From Trichoplax adhaerens (taxonomy: Eukaryota; Animalia; Placozoa): a stretch of 64,000 nucleotides of DNA. The notes beneath the pieces are model-generated. The model was not told where the DNA came from. It made no database searches and saw only the letters and a list, made by a program, of their open reading frames with translations. Positions within the stretch are counted from its first letter, which is position 1. Every line of letters begins with the position of its first letter. Positions 36,647 to 51,300 of the stretch are shown piece after piece. Both the position numbers and the translations under genes were made by a program. The stretch lies in contig NW_002060948.1 of assembly GCF_000150275.1 (NCBI RefSeq), forward strand, positions 4,104,759 to 4,168,758. Direction: 5' to 3'.

Positions 36647-39600
36647 CTTAATTGATGACGATATCTTTAGGTTATCAGTCGATATTAGAGAGATTTTCTA
36701 CAGTGGATGCTGTATCTTATCTAATTCCACTTGAAGCAAATGAAGATTTTCCGATGTGTATTGGAAGATAAAATTACCAACAAAATTGTTTATTCAAAAA
36801 TTGAAGTGATCCTATAAATACGTTTTCTTTTAAAGGAACTAACGGTAATTATATCAAGATTGAATACATATTATGCCATAGCTGCGCCTTTATATGATTT
36901 AATAATAATTCCTTTTATTTATGATCCGAAAGAATAGATTGAATAATTAATTGAACCAATAACAAAAGTAATGATGAAATAATTATATTATCATTACTAT
37001 TGTTGGAATATTGAAAGTCAAGATAGATATTAAAAGAAAAAAATATGTTATCCCTATCGCTACATCTATCGAAAATGTCGTAGTAGTCTTTTGAATTTTC
37101 TGAAGTAATTTTAAAACAGTATAAAATGAATGAATGATATTTGTCTAAGCTGTCTATATGGCATCGGGTATTGTTTTCTGTTGTTAGATATAGATTTTCT
37201 ATACATTTTTTAGATTTTTTGGATGTTAGTTGAGTTAAAATGCTCTTGTGATTTGCGATGAAAATGAAATCTTTGGGAACTTTATACTGCAGTAATGCAA
37301 AATGGTATATTGATTAATGGATCACATGGAATCCTAATGAAATCGTGAGCTATTGATTACAACTAGTGTTGTAGATTTCTAAAGCAATAAGGGTCGAATT
37401 TATTTCTTAATATTGATTTATAGCATCCGGTAACAATTCTACTCTGGAATTTTACGTTTTATTTTAGAAATATATGATCATTTATTCAGTAACTTTAACA
37501 AGCTACTACCGTTGTTTGACGCTTGATTTCAAGTACTTTGTAAATAAAGGAAAATAAAAGGACTTTTAGGATATAGCTAAGGCGGCAACTTTTTGTATTA
37601 TACGACCAGAAGAATAAAGAATTGGCAAAAATGTGATCGTGGAACCTTACTCAACATTTCACATAGGGACAATTATAACTGAAACAAACATACAATAGCA
37701 ATAGATTACACCTAGAGTTTTTAACAGCTAAACAAAGCCGCACATCGAGATTGCTTTAGCATAATAAGGGTAGAGGATTCGACAAGGTTCTCTCTAAAAA
37801 TTGTTAAACTATGATTATATAATAAAACAATCCGATTCTACCCAACTAATCAATTGTAATATGACCTTCATCAATGAAATAATTAATACTTTTAATTAAC
37901 TCTCTTAATTATTTGTTTTATAACTATGGATCCGTAAGAACTTGAATACTTTTGGATCGAATGATCGTATTCTGGCTATTTTACAATAACAGATGCGTTG
38001 AAGTATTAGATAAATATGGAGTAAGGTAGCAATAACTACTAAATAAAAAATTACTTTTTAGTATGACTACAACATCTGAGTAAGTCCTGAATATAAATTG
38101 TAAAGGAAGAACTTATTTTTTATATGGCGCCTTTGTAACCTTTAGAAATTGTTATTATTTTTATTAACATCGTCATTGTTATTTTGTTATCGCTCTAAGG
38201 AGATAATTATACCGACAAAGTGATCAGCAATCGTAGGATGTTATCAAAACGGTAAAAAATGAATAGTTAACAAGAATTGTTTGCTGCTGTTTCGTATTTT
38301 TTTTTATAGTTACAGACAATCTGTACAATCCATTGAGTAAATAAAATCATCTACTTCGATTGCCGAATTACAATTTTAGATAGGCAGATGATTTATAGGA
38401 TATAGACGATTTCGTGACATCTTAAGGTACATCCGATTCATATCAGTCTTGAAGGATCAAAACATGAAAACTATTACCGGATCGTTAAAATGATCAAAAT
38501 AATTGAGGATAAAATAGGTTACGGTATATTATGTTGCAATTACAGGCTCAGAGACATTTTAGGTAATAATAACCATAGATTTAAAAATCACTTTTCATTT
38601 ACTAATCATTATTAAAATAATTTGTTCCATTTTGAGCTTACTGTGGGTTCATCATCGTTAGAAACTATGTAAAAAGACACGATTCCTGAATTTGATTTAT
38701 AAATCAGCGAGGTAGTAAATTTATTTCACTGTTTAAATTGAAATGATTTCGAATAAAAGTAGTCATTATAAATGTTAAATAAGAAACCAATACCAAGATT
38801 TAAGTTTTATTGCACAGTTTGATTTGAAACCCAGAAAATCAAATTTTAAAACTAGAATATTATGAATTTTAAAATTACTGGAGATGATGTATAAACTTGA
38901 AAAAGCGATAGTGCATTATTTCTTTTGAAGATTTGTTCTTGAGGTCAGATTTATGGCATCATTGGCCAATGCTGGGTGTTCACTTTTTTGCTGAAAATTA
39001 ATCCATTACAAATTCATGAATTAATCTGCCGGTAAGCCAAATTTTTAAGTATAGCTATTGAGATTAATAGGTTATCATACATTATATTATCGCTCTATGA
39101 TTAATTATAAGAGGACGAAACTCTCACAAAATATTTGAGCGACGATTATAGTATGGAACAGTAGCTACTCAAATTTCATTACAGATTATTATTACATAAA
39201 TTTTTAGAAAATGTTTTAATAGATCACTTATTAGGTATTTACTTTACCTTTTAATAATTATTCTGTAGTTTTTTATGGTAGTATTCATCAGCGATATGGG
39301 AACAAATTTCCTGGAATTCGTAGTGATTGCCTACGTGGCGTTTTGTTAAATGTTTGCAGCTTTACTTTTTTATTGGCCTCGATATATGTATAATTATCAA
39401 ACAGTATTTTCGATGAAACTGCATTTGATGCCTCTTTTATCATTCGCAAATGACTTATCTTATATATCCGCTTTTTTAATCTCTTGATATAGGAAATGAC
39501 GTATTCCAAAACATCGAAATTATGAATAAATTGTTAATGAATAAGTAGATAATAACTGAAAGGATAACTATTATTTTATTGCTCTATCCTCTTAAAATGT

Positions 39601-42289
39601 GAGATTGAAACTGATCACCTTTGCTTATTTCATTATAGTGTTACAGTGAGAGTACTAACTTAAAACTATTATAAAATAGTAGATAGGGACCCTATATATC
39701 GCTACACGACTAGTTCTTAGCTTATGCATAGTTTTAGTAGTATAGTCTGATAAGATATATCCGTACATGGTATACTCGGTTGTCTATTTCAATCAGTTGA
39801 AAACCAGGTCGGTAAATTGAAAGCTATTGATCAGAGTATTCCACTTTAGAAGCCATATTTTGCCATCTTTTCCTAGATTCAGTTCTATTGCTACAGTAAC
39901 AACAAAATGGCTACATATGACTGTGATAAAAAAGTCAATTGTTTGGTAATGCAACTACACTTATTTAATAAGGCATTAACGGCGGTGGGGTGCGAGGAAT
40001 TTTTTGGTCGGGATATTCCGCTAGCATAATGTAAAATCTCACTTTTTCCTGTAATATTTCCATTAATAGCAGTACTAATATAAAATTACAGTGCCAATTT
40101 CGAAATGATCATAAGTGATAAGCGTCATAGGAAATACATTTTGGGGGAGTTCTGTCAAATCTTAGAGCCTATTATTGTATTAGTTGAGAGACAATCAATT
40201 ATATCTATCTCCTATCATCTAAGTAATGTGTTAGAAATAAAATGGTCGAGTTAAGTTCAATTTCCTTACTTGAACCGTTCAATATCTGATTATGCTCTTA
40301 AATTATTTATATGAGAGAGCAATTAAAATACTGCATGCTAACTTTTTAAAATGACTACGATATTGAAATCTTAAAATAGATCTAAAAAATAGATTGATGG
40401 CAGTAATTAGTTAAGCCTTACAGGAAAACATATTATCAAATTTCTATCTATACTCATAATGGTAGTAGTAGTAGGAGGAAAATTGATGGTGGTATGGTGC
40501 AATTTTTAAACGAATAAATCTTTAACTTGATGGTGATCTGTCTGCTAAAACTACGTTCAAGCATGTGAAACTCTAATTATACCGCTGTTGAGATAAAAGA
40601 TGTTGGAATTGTTTTAGTATAATAATTAATAGAATTGAAATTGCAAGGCAGTAAAAAGAAGAAAATAGTTTGAAAGCTTTATTGGAAATATAATGTTCAC
40701 TGCATTTGCGTTCGATCGTTAATAAAGATGCTATTGGTTGCTTGATAAACTTATAAAATAAAAGTAATAGCCTAGTAGAATTAAAGGGATAGCGTCATTG
40801 CAACTAGCTTATTTTCTGCCGAAGCTGATTTGGTAAATTTAGAAATAGCAGTATAACCATTTATTAAGCAGTAGGCGGAGAGAATTATTTCGATGTAAAT
40901 CTTATGGTGTGGTTGTGAGAGTTAGAAAGAATTTCATCGACTGAAGCGCTTCTAACACTAGATGAATGTCCGAAAAAACGAATGAAACTGCTTTAAAAAT
41001 CAAAAACGCTTTCTCGATAGATCGATAAGATCGTTCGAAGTCGGTATATGACTAACTGAAAATCAATTCTAGGGCGTATAAATGCTAAGAAATAGTGATT
41101 GTCTAAATGAATGGGCTATTGTTCATTAACTTTATAATTAAATCCATGAATGGGTATAGAAAATATATGAAAAATTAAGACTAGACACTCTAGACATGAA
41201 TATTGTTGCCGGTTTCTGTTTACTGCCCACTTTAAAAATAAATTCGCGATTTTATCAGAAATCTTTTGTCAGAATGAATATCTTCTCTACCTAAGTATAC
41301 AAATTTAACATAATATCTATACTGATCAATAAATATCGATGATGGATAAAGTTTGAAATTGTCGCAGTGTATAATTTTAGGTTCTACTCTAAGGCTTCGC
41401 AAAGGTTGCTTTCATCTATTTATATAATTAAAAAATTAATATTGTAGTGCTGCCGTTTAATACTGTTCATATCATTTCGCAGTTCACTATGCTTATTTAT
41501 CGTCATGTTATTTCGAAATTTGGCTAAAAATTGCCACAATTGTTAATTTCTTTTGTGCATAATAAATTTTCTATGTGGGAATATTCGATAATACTTTCCT
41601 GTGGATGTGATGGTTAATAAATAGCCATAAGGGTTGTCCGAAAACGGTACCAAGTAATTGTATTTTAGATCGGACACAATGTTGCACTTCTTTTATTGAA
41701 TTTCTTCATTCAGTATTATCGCTTTCATAGACATGCTACGTGATAATGCCTTCTGTTAAATTTAAGATTAGTGCTAGGACTGTAAAGATTAAATCTAAGC
41801 GTGTGTAAGTAGACTACAATTCATTCAAATGTAATATAGCCTAATTTTATATTGCAATCCGAGTAAATGATGCAATTTAGTACTAATAAGATAAACAACG
41901 ATGCTTTTAATGCACTTCAAACTTAATAAATTCTCCAGATATACAACTACTGTACTGTCTTCATTACCTTTGTAAATCAAATATATTTGGCTTTGAATAC
42001 AGCTTTCCTGTTATTCTACTTAGTAGAATATGCTGAATGCCTTCATTATTATTATCTTTCATTTCAGATACAATGCAACTTTACATTGAATTCCTTAATA
42101 AATGACGAACGCTACAAAAATGTAATAAATAATAATGCTTTCTGTACTGTTTAATTAACCTAAGTAAATCTGTTAAAATGACATGCATGACCATCACTAG
42201 TAAATTACAATCCAATTTAAAGATCTGCGGCATACTTGTTATTATATTTGGTAAGGCAAACTAAATACTTTTAAATATATATAGTGTAT

Positions 42290-42700
42290 AAGGCTGCCTT
42301 CCTGTAGATGTAAGATTATGATTATTGCTATATGAAATTGTTAGTCAATAATTTGTATTTTATTACAACAGAAAATTATAAGTTACATTACATCAAAAGT
42401 ATTACAGCGTTCTTGTTATCCAATTTAGTAGCACATATTAAATATTTTCATAAAGTATAATTCATAGGGCTATCTTTCAATGGATGTAAAGATTACTATT
42501 AGGACTGTATGAAATATTTGGTACATTAATTGTGTTACATTTCAACGGAAAAGAGTAAATTATGTTCCAGCTTAAATTATTACAGTATTCTTGTTATTAT
42601 ATTTAGTAGCACATACTAAATGCTTTCATACATGCATAATATATAAAGCTGTCTTTCTGTGGATGTAAAGATTACCATTGTAGCTATGCAAAACATTTAA
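42290..42700. repeat. Degenerate ~178-bp tandem repeat (~2.3 units)
   Basis: gatgtaa(a)gatta at ~42307, ~42483 and ~42662; ttcttgttat..atttagtagcacata at ~42410 and ~42588. Confidence 0.75.
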
Positions 42701-43832
42701 TAAATTAATTTGAAGCTAATTTAATTTAAAAAAACAGTAATGCTGTTTTCTTCAGTGCTTTAATTTAAGTTAACGGTATTTAATCTTCGTATTGAGCATT
42801 AACACCAGAATGTAAGTTGTAATTATCTTTCTTTGCTTTACCTTAAAATAATTGCCTACGCTATTCAGGTATTTGTCTCTCTGGTGGAATCGATTTTAAT
42901 CACGTTATTACTGTCTAGTTTGCACAAATAATTAGCAACGTCTACGATATATTAAATTTTTAATCAGATAATGTTATTATTGTATTCTATTTAAAGTTAG
43001 ATTAATTCTATTTTCAATAAATGCTATGGAAGTGTAACAACTAAGACTCGATGTTACACTAGGTGATGAATTATCTGATCTATAAATGAAACATTTTCAG
43101 TTTAATCTTGATTATTCAGAAAATTTATCAATTTATATTGATCGATAAACTTAAGTAAATGATTAAAAAATGGGGCTATACTGCACCGCAGAGGAATCCA
43201 AAATTACTTTATGCCTGCACTATCAACGTTTACAAAGACACATTAGTGCGATTTATAATTCAAATATTAGCTAATTAGTTAAAGAATTAAGTAAGTAATT
43301 TACGATTACAAGAATAATTAAAAAAATCCTATATGCAATGTATGAAAAAGTCATATGTAGTTTAATGTGCCGTCATCAATTAGTGCCATACCATTTAATA
43401 ATACGACATGATGTTGCGTCTACAGTAAGCTTGGTTTACTATGTAGCAAAGTCGTGAGAGAATACTTATCCGCTCTACTCTAAATGAATCCGTTCAATAT
43501 TCTATCACGCTACAAAATATTTATTTCATATATAATATTATGTATTTGTTTGCTGAGGTAATCCTTAAAGAAATTCAATATTTATTTCAACATTGGATTC
43601 TACAATCAATAACATATCCATTGCGGTTAACCAAAGTTCTATAAAGCTTTGAATAGGTTTTGATTTTTAATAAATACCAAGATCCATCCATCTTACGCGC
43701 AAAATACATATAAATTTTCTATTTACTTCAAGTTAAGAATAGTGACTTGAAAATAGTTTTTATTAAATATTCAATTTGAATCGTCTGGATATAACCGTAG
43801 CCAGTGAAATCTGCATTATAGTTCGCATAAAA

Positions 43833-43894
43833 TTTTCAATTTATTGACGAATGCATTGGCTGGATATAAAATGCGTAAGTCAATAAATTGAAAA
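43833..43894. other. 62-nt hairpin with a perfect 16-bp outer stem
   Basis: ttttcaatttattgac (43833-43848) is the exact reverse complement of gtcaataaattgaaaa (43879-43894). Inner atgcatt/aatgcgt can extend the stem. Confidence 0.6.
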
Positions 43895-44301
43895 ACGATA
43901 ACTAGATTATGGTACATAGTGATTTGGTCGATCTTAGTAATATGCGGCACAATTTTTATCAAGTAGGGAGTACTACAAGAATATGAAGAGAAATATAGAT
44001 AAATACTGACGAGAGTTATTGTTCTTCACATATTTGTAATGCCGTGTCTAGATATAGCGTAAGTGCTAATAGGAAAAGTAAGGCATGATTGATTGATACC
44101 GATTAGAAATATAAACTTCTACTAATTACTAATGTCTTTACAGTGTGCACCATCATATCAATTTTCCACTGAAGGTTTTATCCACACTGTAACAGCTACG
44201 ATATTTAAATTTCATAGCCTTATTGTCATCACTTTTATAGGCTAGACCCTATAATCGCGATCTTAAAGGAATTGTCGTACTTACAGATAAAATTTAATGA
44301 C

Positions 44302-45339
44302 TTAAATTCTATTCGAAGGATTGGATAGCGCCTTCCTGGCGGTAGGAGAATCATTTATTGCTGGTGTTTGCGATGTCTTTCCTTTAGAAGACCACCTTGG
44401 TCGATGATGATATCTATGACAAGCTTTAAAAGCATCCGTTATATCTTGTCTCATCTGCGTGCTAGTAATAACATAAATGACAGGATTGCACATGCAATGC
44501 GCAAATGTCATCCAAATTGTCGCTTCCAGAACGAAAGTGACTAAAAATTTAACCTTGTAAAATGTAGGAACAGAAGTGATTAATAGTGAAAGTAATTGAT
44601 AAGGGAAACAGCAAACAAGGAAAACAGCAGATGTTATTGACATAGTGATGATCACTTTATGTTTATAATGATGAATTGAAGAATTGGATAATCTAGATCC
44701 CATTCGAGTTAGTTTAATGCCAATATATATGTGGATAATACATATGAGCAGAAATGGTAGAAAGACGAATAAGGTCGACGAGCAGATGACATAAATTTTT
44801 TGAAGTTGTCTCGTTGGCCAAACTTGTCGACATTGTTGGCCGTTTCGGCTTGTTGTCACTTTTAAAAATATGAGTGGCGGAATAGCACTTAAAGTTGACA
44901 ATATCCATATCGATGAAATAGCTGCAATAAGATATTTTTTAGGTATCCCATTGGTTAAAGTTAAATTGAGTGAACGATAGCGATCAAATGCAATAATGAG
45001 CAATGTTAGCCACGAGGCATAAAATCCACAAGTTTGCAATAAGTAAATTAATTTACAGACTATAGGACCAAAGATAAATGTTCGTGTCAGTAAGAGAACC
45101 ATGATGACGGGGATTGTTAATGTAACCATTAAATCGGCAATGGCTAAATTTAGTATGCAGACGTTATTACTCGATCGAAATTTCTTTTTCCAAATTAAAA
45201 TGGAACAGATTAAAATATTACCAAGTAAGGAGAGTAAAAATATAGATGCATAACCAATTTCAGCAAAGATGACATTAAGAGATATGTGAGGAGGCTCTAA
45301 TATTATAGAATGATTAGTTGCATTATTTAATCCAGCCAT
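44302..45339 (-). CDS. Class A GPCR, neuropeptide-receptor-like, intronless, 345 aa
   Basis: N-glycosylation sequons at the N-terminus, GN (TM1), NLAIAD (TM2), FGPIVCK, AFDRY, WILS..IPP, C..WP in ECL2, CCFPY (TM6), NPVIY (TM7). Confidence 0.95.
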   Translation of the reverse strand: MAGLNNATNHSIILEPPHISLNVIFAEIGYASIFLLSLLGNILICSILIWKKKFRSSNNVCILNLAIADLMVTLTIPVIMVLLLTRTFIFGPIVCKLIYLLQTCGFYASWLTLLIIAFDRYRSLNLTLTNGIPKKYLIAAISSIWILSTLSAIPPLIFLKVTTSRNGQQCRQVWPTRQLQKIYVICSSTLFVFLPFLLICIIHIYIGIKLTRMGSRLSNSSIHHYKHKVIITMSITSAVFLVCCFPYQLLSLLITSVPTFYKVKFLVTFVLEATIWMTFAHCMCNPVIYVITSTQMRQDITDAFKACHRYHHRPRWSSKGKTSQTPAINDSPTARKALSNPSNRI

Positions 45340-48300
45340 GATTACTTTAAAGATGTCAGTAAGGTTGGATAATTATTAGAATACTCTAGAACTTGAGGAT
45401 TGATAGGATTTTAGAAAATAAAGATGATGTGATCTTATTGAATGGAGTCAGTTTTAAACGTCTTACTAACTTAATGTGTGAAGATAGTATGGTAGTAAAA
45501 TAGTATTATTGAGACACTCTAGGGTTAAATCGAGCTTTCGAAGGAAATAAAAACGATACTTTAATAAGTTCTTTATAAAACGACGATTAAGTACTTTAAT
45601 AAATGCAAATACTGTAATACTGCTGCGAGAATTATGAATTAATCAATCAATTTTAAATTTATAGAAATACCTTGCTTTCTATTTGAATCGAACAAAGTAA
45701 ATGTCATACGGATATGATTGTATATTTATAGATTCGGATTATCTGTAGATGTATTATGATGGTATTTATATTTGCTTATTTGTGATGTTAACTGACATTG
45801 ATTAATTAATTAGCTCGCCATTTGCTTGAATAATTTCAGTTCTTACATTGCTTTGATTTTAATATTACGCAACATCATGGGTTTATGTTGATGTTTTATT
45901 ATTTAAAGAAATCTAGAATAAATCATCAAAGTGAAACAACAACGCTTTGTAATATTGAAATTAAGAACTATAGATTGATCGAGCAGTTTTTAATATTATT
46001 ATTGAATTGATAATGTAAGAGAAAGAAATGTATTCTTCTGGGATTCATATTTATTTTTGAAGGCAGATAGACAAATACAACTGTATACTTATCCTTGCTG
46101 GATCTAAGATTGATCTTGTTAATGTTAAAGGAATATGATTGAAGATGAATGCTCAGCGGATGAAAACAAGCAGCAATAGTAATAAATTATTTTCTCATTT
46201 GTTCCTTTCAGCTATATGTGAAATTGATTGTACATCTAGAATTAATAATCAACATGAACTTCAATATACTTTATATTGTGACCGTAGGCGAAATAAATTC
46301 CGGTTGTTGTTGACTTAATTAATTGTAGCTTTATTTAGAATAGAATATCTATAGCAAATTAAAAGTGGGTAAATATAAAAGTTTTTTACGACTTTTTATT
46401 AATCAAAAGCGATCAATGACGCATTACTAATATTAAGGTTGCGATATTCTGATATGAGCTATTTCTTGTAAAGAGGAAAAGTCTCAATAAGAAACAAAGC
46501 CCTACCGAAAAATCCTCATCGGGAGCTTTAAAATTGAAAATTCAGATATCTTTTTCTCAGTTGCACTATTTAAATTAAATAAAAAAATATGCAAACTCCA
46601 TTAATCGTTTTCTATAGAGGTAATATTATTAAAAAATGATGAAAACAGCTATAATTATATTAATGCGTATTGAAATCACAGAAACCTGCATCTCAATGAC
46701 AGTGAATAATTTTTTTCATTTTCATGCTATTGAGAATTAGAATTGATCTTATCCAGCTATTACAATACTATGGTAAGAATTACATTTGTTTAGTCATTTT
46801 AGTAATACAGTTGTCAATTTTAATAACACTTTTCGCACGGATCGTACGTATATTGTAACAAGCTCATTTTTCAGCTTTCATTCGCTTTCTCTATACAAGT
46901 ATTGGCAAGCTTTGTTTAAAACTAAGCCTAGTAGGATATTTATTACTCTTATATTCCTTTCTTAGTAATAAATAGTACCTATATTCTTAATTAGTTTTAT
47001 GACGATGTTATCAAGCCTACGTTAAGTTATTTCTATATTGAATTAATTTGTCCTCTAATTAGTCTAAAAGTAAGCTAAAAAGGATCGCTAAAAGGTTAGA
47101 AGTGATATTAGATTCATGATGATTATGCTTATAAGGTAATCAGAGTTTACTAAGGACTTCCATTGTAGTTTGATTTATTAATCATTTTTTAGATGATTAA
47201 CACATCACCACTAGCTGTATATAGCCTTCATTTCTTTATGTAAACGGCAGCTAATATTAGTTTCTCTGTTTCAAACAGTATGTTAACAGTTGTTTTTATA
47301 AATAAAATATGCATCCAATTTATTTGCTAATTTGTCTTCTAAGATATTGAATTCGTAGATGGGTGATAACTAGGTAGCTACTAGGAAGGAAGTACATACG
47401 TTGAAAATTTTAGCTGATTTCGATTTCGTCTGTGTTTGAATTCGTGATACTTCGTTCATACGATTGGGTTAGTGAGATACAAAATTTATTTATTCATTGT
47501 GCATAGTAGACTTGCTCAACTTTAAACAAATATTTAAAAGTTTTTGCTTTCATTTGCAATGTTTTGGCCAATTATTAATTAATGAATTTAAAATGGCGGC
47601 CAAAATGAATTTTTTTACTCTTTATTCAAATACTCACAACTAGCTAATATGATTTTATTAGGTGGAGTTTCTGCTAGCTAGTACATTCAGTTTAACTGTA
47701 TCGACCAAGACATATTCAATACAAAGTATGTCTGGAAAAAATAGCTGCATTTGCCACTAGCTTGAATACTTTATGTATTATTCACAGTAACTATAAATGT
47801 CATCGACTACACAGCTTTATGGTTCCTTAGCCTAAAGCACCACTGCCTACGTTTTTCAGATTTACTTACTTTAATTAAAATTTGATCAAGCATATCATTG
47901 AACATGGATCTATAAATTTATATTAAGAAATTTCTTTTATTGCCTTCGAATATTCTACCGTACTACTCCATTTTTAGATATTTCATGAAGCAGCTTAAAA
48001 CCATTAACTATTTTTATTACTCATAATATCAGAAATGAAAGGACAATTACATAGGATATTCGAACTAATCACCTTAAATGACCATGCTTTTAAATGCTAT
48101 ACAAGTCTTAAGAAAATCGTTTGATTATTTGCGTTCAACAAAATTTAGTGCAAATTAGTTTATTCATACACATTTAATTTCACTAAATCGAATTTGCTTG
48201 TACTCGGGGATTGATAATTATAATAGATCATTTCACTATTTGAAGCTTACATTTGTGGTCTAGAATTTATCCATTAAAATGGCAATTATTCCTTTAAATG

Positions 48301-51300
48301 TTATTGAACTCTGAATCTATCGATAAGCGGTATTGAATTCCTTTACATTTCAAATATCATGAAAATTTATCATACATTTTAGGTAAAACGTAGGGCAATA
48401 ATCTAAAGTAATACAATAAAATTAAACAAGATCAGACTCTTGGACAAGCTGATGATCTCTATAATAATGATATTACTACGGTAGAGATCGGTCACCTACC
48501 GATGCTAGCACAGTTAAATTAAATTCGGTTTATCTTCTATATTAGAACCGAAATCTTGATAAGTTAAAGTAGACAGATGCATTTATTATTCTACAGTGAC
48601 GTAGTTTATTAACTTTGAACTTGACTTTATCGGAAGCATATACTATTTATATTGAAATTCGTATTTGTGATATCATCAAAATTTTTTCTAAACAGTTTTA
48701 TCAGTGACTTAGTATATTTTAACCGTAGTCTAAAATCGATGTCAAGGCTATTTAATATTGCTATTTAAAAACTAAAATTTGCCTGCTCTACTTGGCACCG
48801 TCATGGTACTCTCTAGGTTGTAAAAGGATGGATTTTATCTTATATTTTTAATTTAAATTTGGAATTTAACTCTTTAGTGGTACTTTTCTATAAGCTAGTA
48901 TCATGGTGTCAATTCTATATACCCAAAGTCCAAATTCCGATAAAATAATGCTGTAATATTAAAAATATATGAATTAAATTGCAGGTATGACTGGCACCTT
49001 GTTAATATATTAATGAATAGAATACGCTTCCTTTAAGTTGTTTGTATTCCATAATTACATATGCTAAGTCTAAAGTACATATGGCATATAATAGATAAAC
49101 ATCTCATAATTGAAAAGAAAAAAAAATGGGTAAACAGTTTAGCTAATTTACGTAACTGGAAGGCAATTGTATTCTAAAATTATAGCTTTTGATTTTAGAC
49201 GGTATGTTCAGTGACATAATTAATGTTCAAATAACGATTTTAAACATTACATTATCCATACTTTACAAATTACTACGTCAAATTATCTTACCGCTATGAT
49301 GTTTTCTTCACATATTTATTCTAGAACTAACATGCTTTCACTTTTGACAATTCAAACATGATGTTTCTAATTTACTCTGATCGACACATTAGTTTTCAAA
49401 ATGATATACTGAAAGATGAACATTGAGGTAATAACTATTGAAGAATTTCAATATTCGAGTGAAGATATGAGCGTGTTATTACTCCTTAATTATGTAAAGT
49501 AAATTGTGTGGATTAGTGTTAACTAGGGTAACGGAAAGCGATTTCAATTGAAAACATTCACAAGCTCTCAAACAATGATTAATTATTACAATCGACTTCG
49601 TAAGTTTCGCAATGTTGCAGTGCTGGTAAATATGGAGCTGTAATAGCAATTAAATTGTAATTTTACTGATGATAGATCAAATTTTCATGAAAAATGATAG
49701 CTATTTTTACTTAGAATCGCGTCTTCAACGGAATTTAATAATATCAAAAGAAAAATTTTAAAACAATATAGAATAATTACTTGGTCGTATACTTATTCTA
49801 AAAAATCTAATATAGCGATCGGTACCTTAATTAAGAACTAACTAAAGAAATTGGCAGCTATTTTTAGATTGTAAGCTTAACCAGTACATTTCTTTCTGTT
49901 GAAGAGGTTGGTAAGGTCAGGCCGAGAAAGTCATTTTGTTGATAAAATTTTGATGAATTTTTTATGTTAACTCTTTTTATGGGGAAAGTAAAATCGCTAA
50001 CATCCAGTTACATTGATTTAGTACCCTTATTGGCCAACTTTTGTTAATTATTTCATCAGCCATCGAAAATTACCCTCGAAATGTCTTTGCATCAGTCACA
50101 TATTCTACTTTACCATAGTAATATTGAATACGAAATGCACGTTTTAGACAAAACTATATTATGAGACTAATGCAGTTATTCTGGGAAAACTGAATAAGTT
50201 TTCATCGTAGGGTTTTTGGTATGGTGTTCATTGCTCTCTACGACTTATCAGTTCTTGGGACATTCATTTAAAAATAGTAATCATTACTAATGTATAATCG
50301 AAAATAGATTCAGTACTTTTGCACCTGCACCTTAATATAAGCATAAGAACAATCACTATTCTTACTATTGTATGATTGTAGTTAACCATCGCAACTGAAA
50401 CATTTAATCTTCTTACAGAAACTTTTTGAATATTCCAATAACTGCCAAATTATGTTATATAAAAGAAAGTGAAACATAAATATAAAGAATAATAAGTACT
50501 ACGTGTTTGCTTTACAAACAAGATACACCACTTAATAAATTACTGGTAACCTTTTTGGGGTCAGAATTGACTACTTTCATTTTCAGTATAGTGAAAAAAT
50601 CGAGATTTTTATTTACTGAAGGTACCGTATTTATTCCATTAATCCAATATAAGAGAGAAAATTAGCTGATATATAAGTTTCAATTAATAGAGCAAAAGAT
50701 ACCGTTATACCAGAGTAGTAAGCACAATATTTATATAAAGTATGAAAGTAGCGATACTATATTTATATAGAATATGAATTTAGGCAACGTGAAGTATTAA
50801 ACCATATGATTTAATACATTGACAGATTAGTACATCATTCCATTCGATCCAAAGAGGCATGATTTAAGATCAGAGTTTCTACGATATTTAACTAATGTAG
50901 GACACGCTTAATTAATAAACGAATTTAAGATTCAACCTTGTAGGCAGTAGGTACGCGAATAGCTAATCAAATGTATATTTAAAGTACAATTTGGTAGTAT
51001 TGAAAATCTAAATGGGAACAATTTCCACCGAAATATGGGCACACACACTATATAAGTACCCTTGTGCAGTTATTAAATATAAAACTTGCTACGGTTATCA
51101 TATGAGCTAATGCATTATGCGTATATTTAAAAGTTTGATATAATACCGCACGTATAAAGTAGAAAACTAGACATAGTAACCGAAATTCTTTTTTAGAATC
51201 TTGTTGTAGCATAGGTTATGGTAGAATAGCAAAAATTTTTTCGTTGCTTGAATATGATATACAGTACTGTAGAGGATAGTATGCAATAGTGATATTATTG

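Noticed and set aside
40490-40740. Death-effector-domain relic (LDGDLSAKTTFKHVKL..ENSLKALLEI*CSLHLRSIVNK)
   Set aside because: Only a loose hydrophobic pattern, no RxDL motif, and several stops; not supportable by eye.
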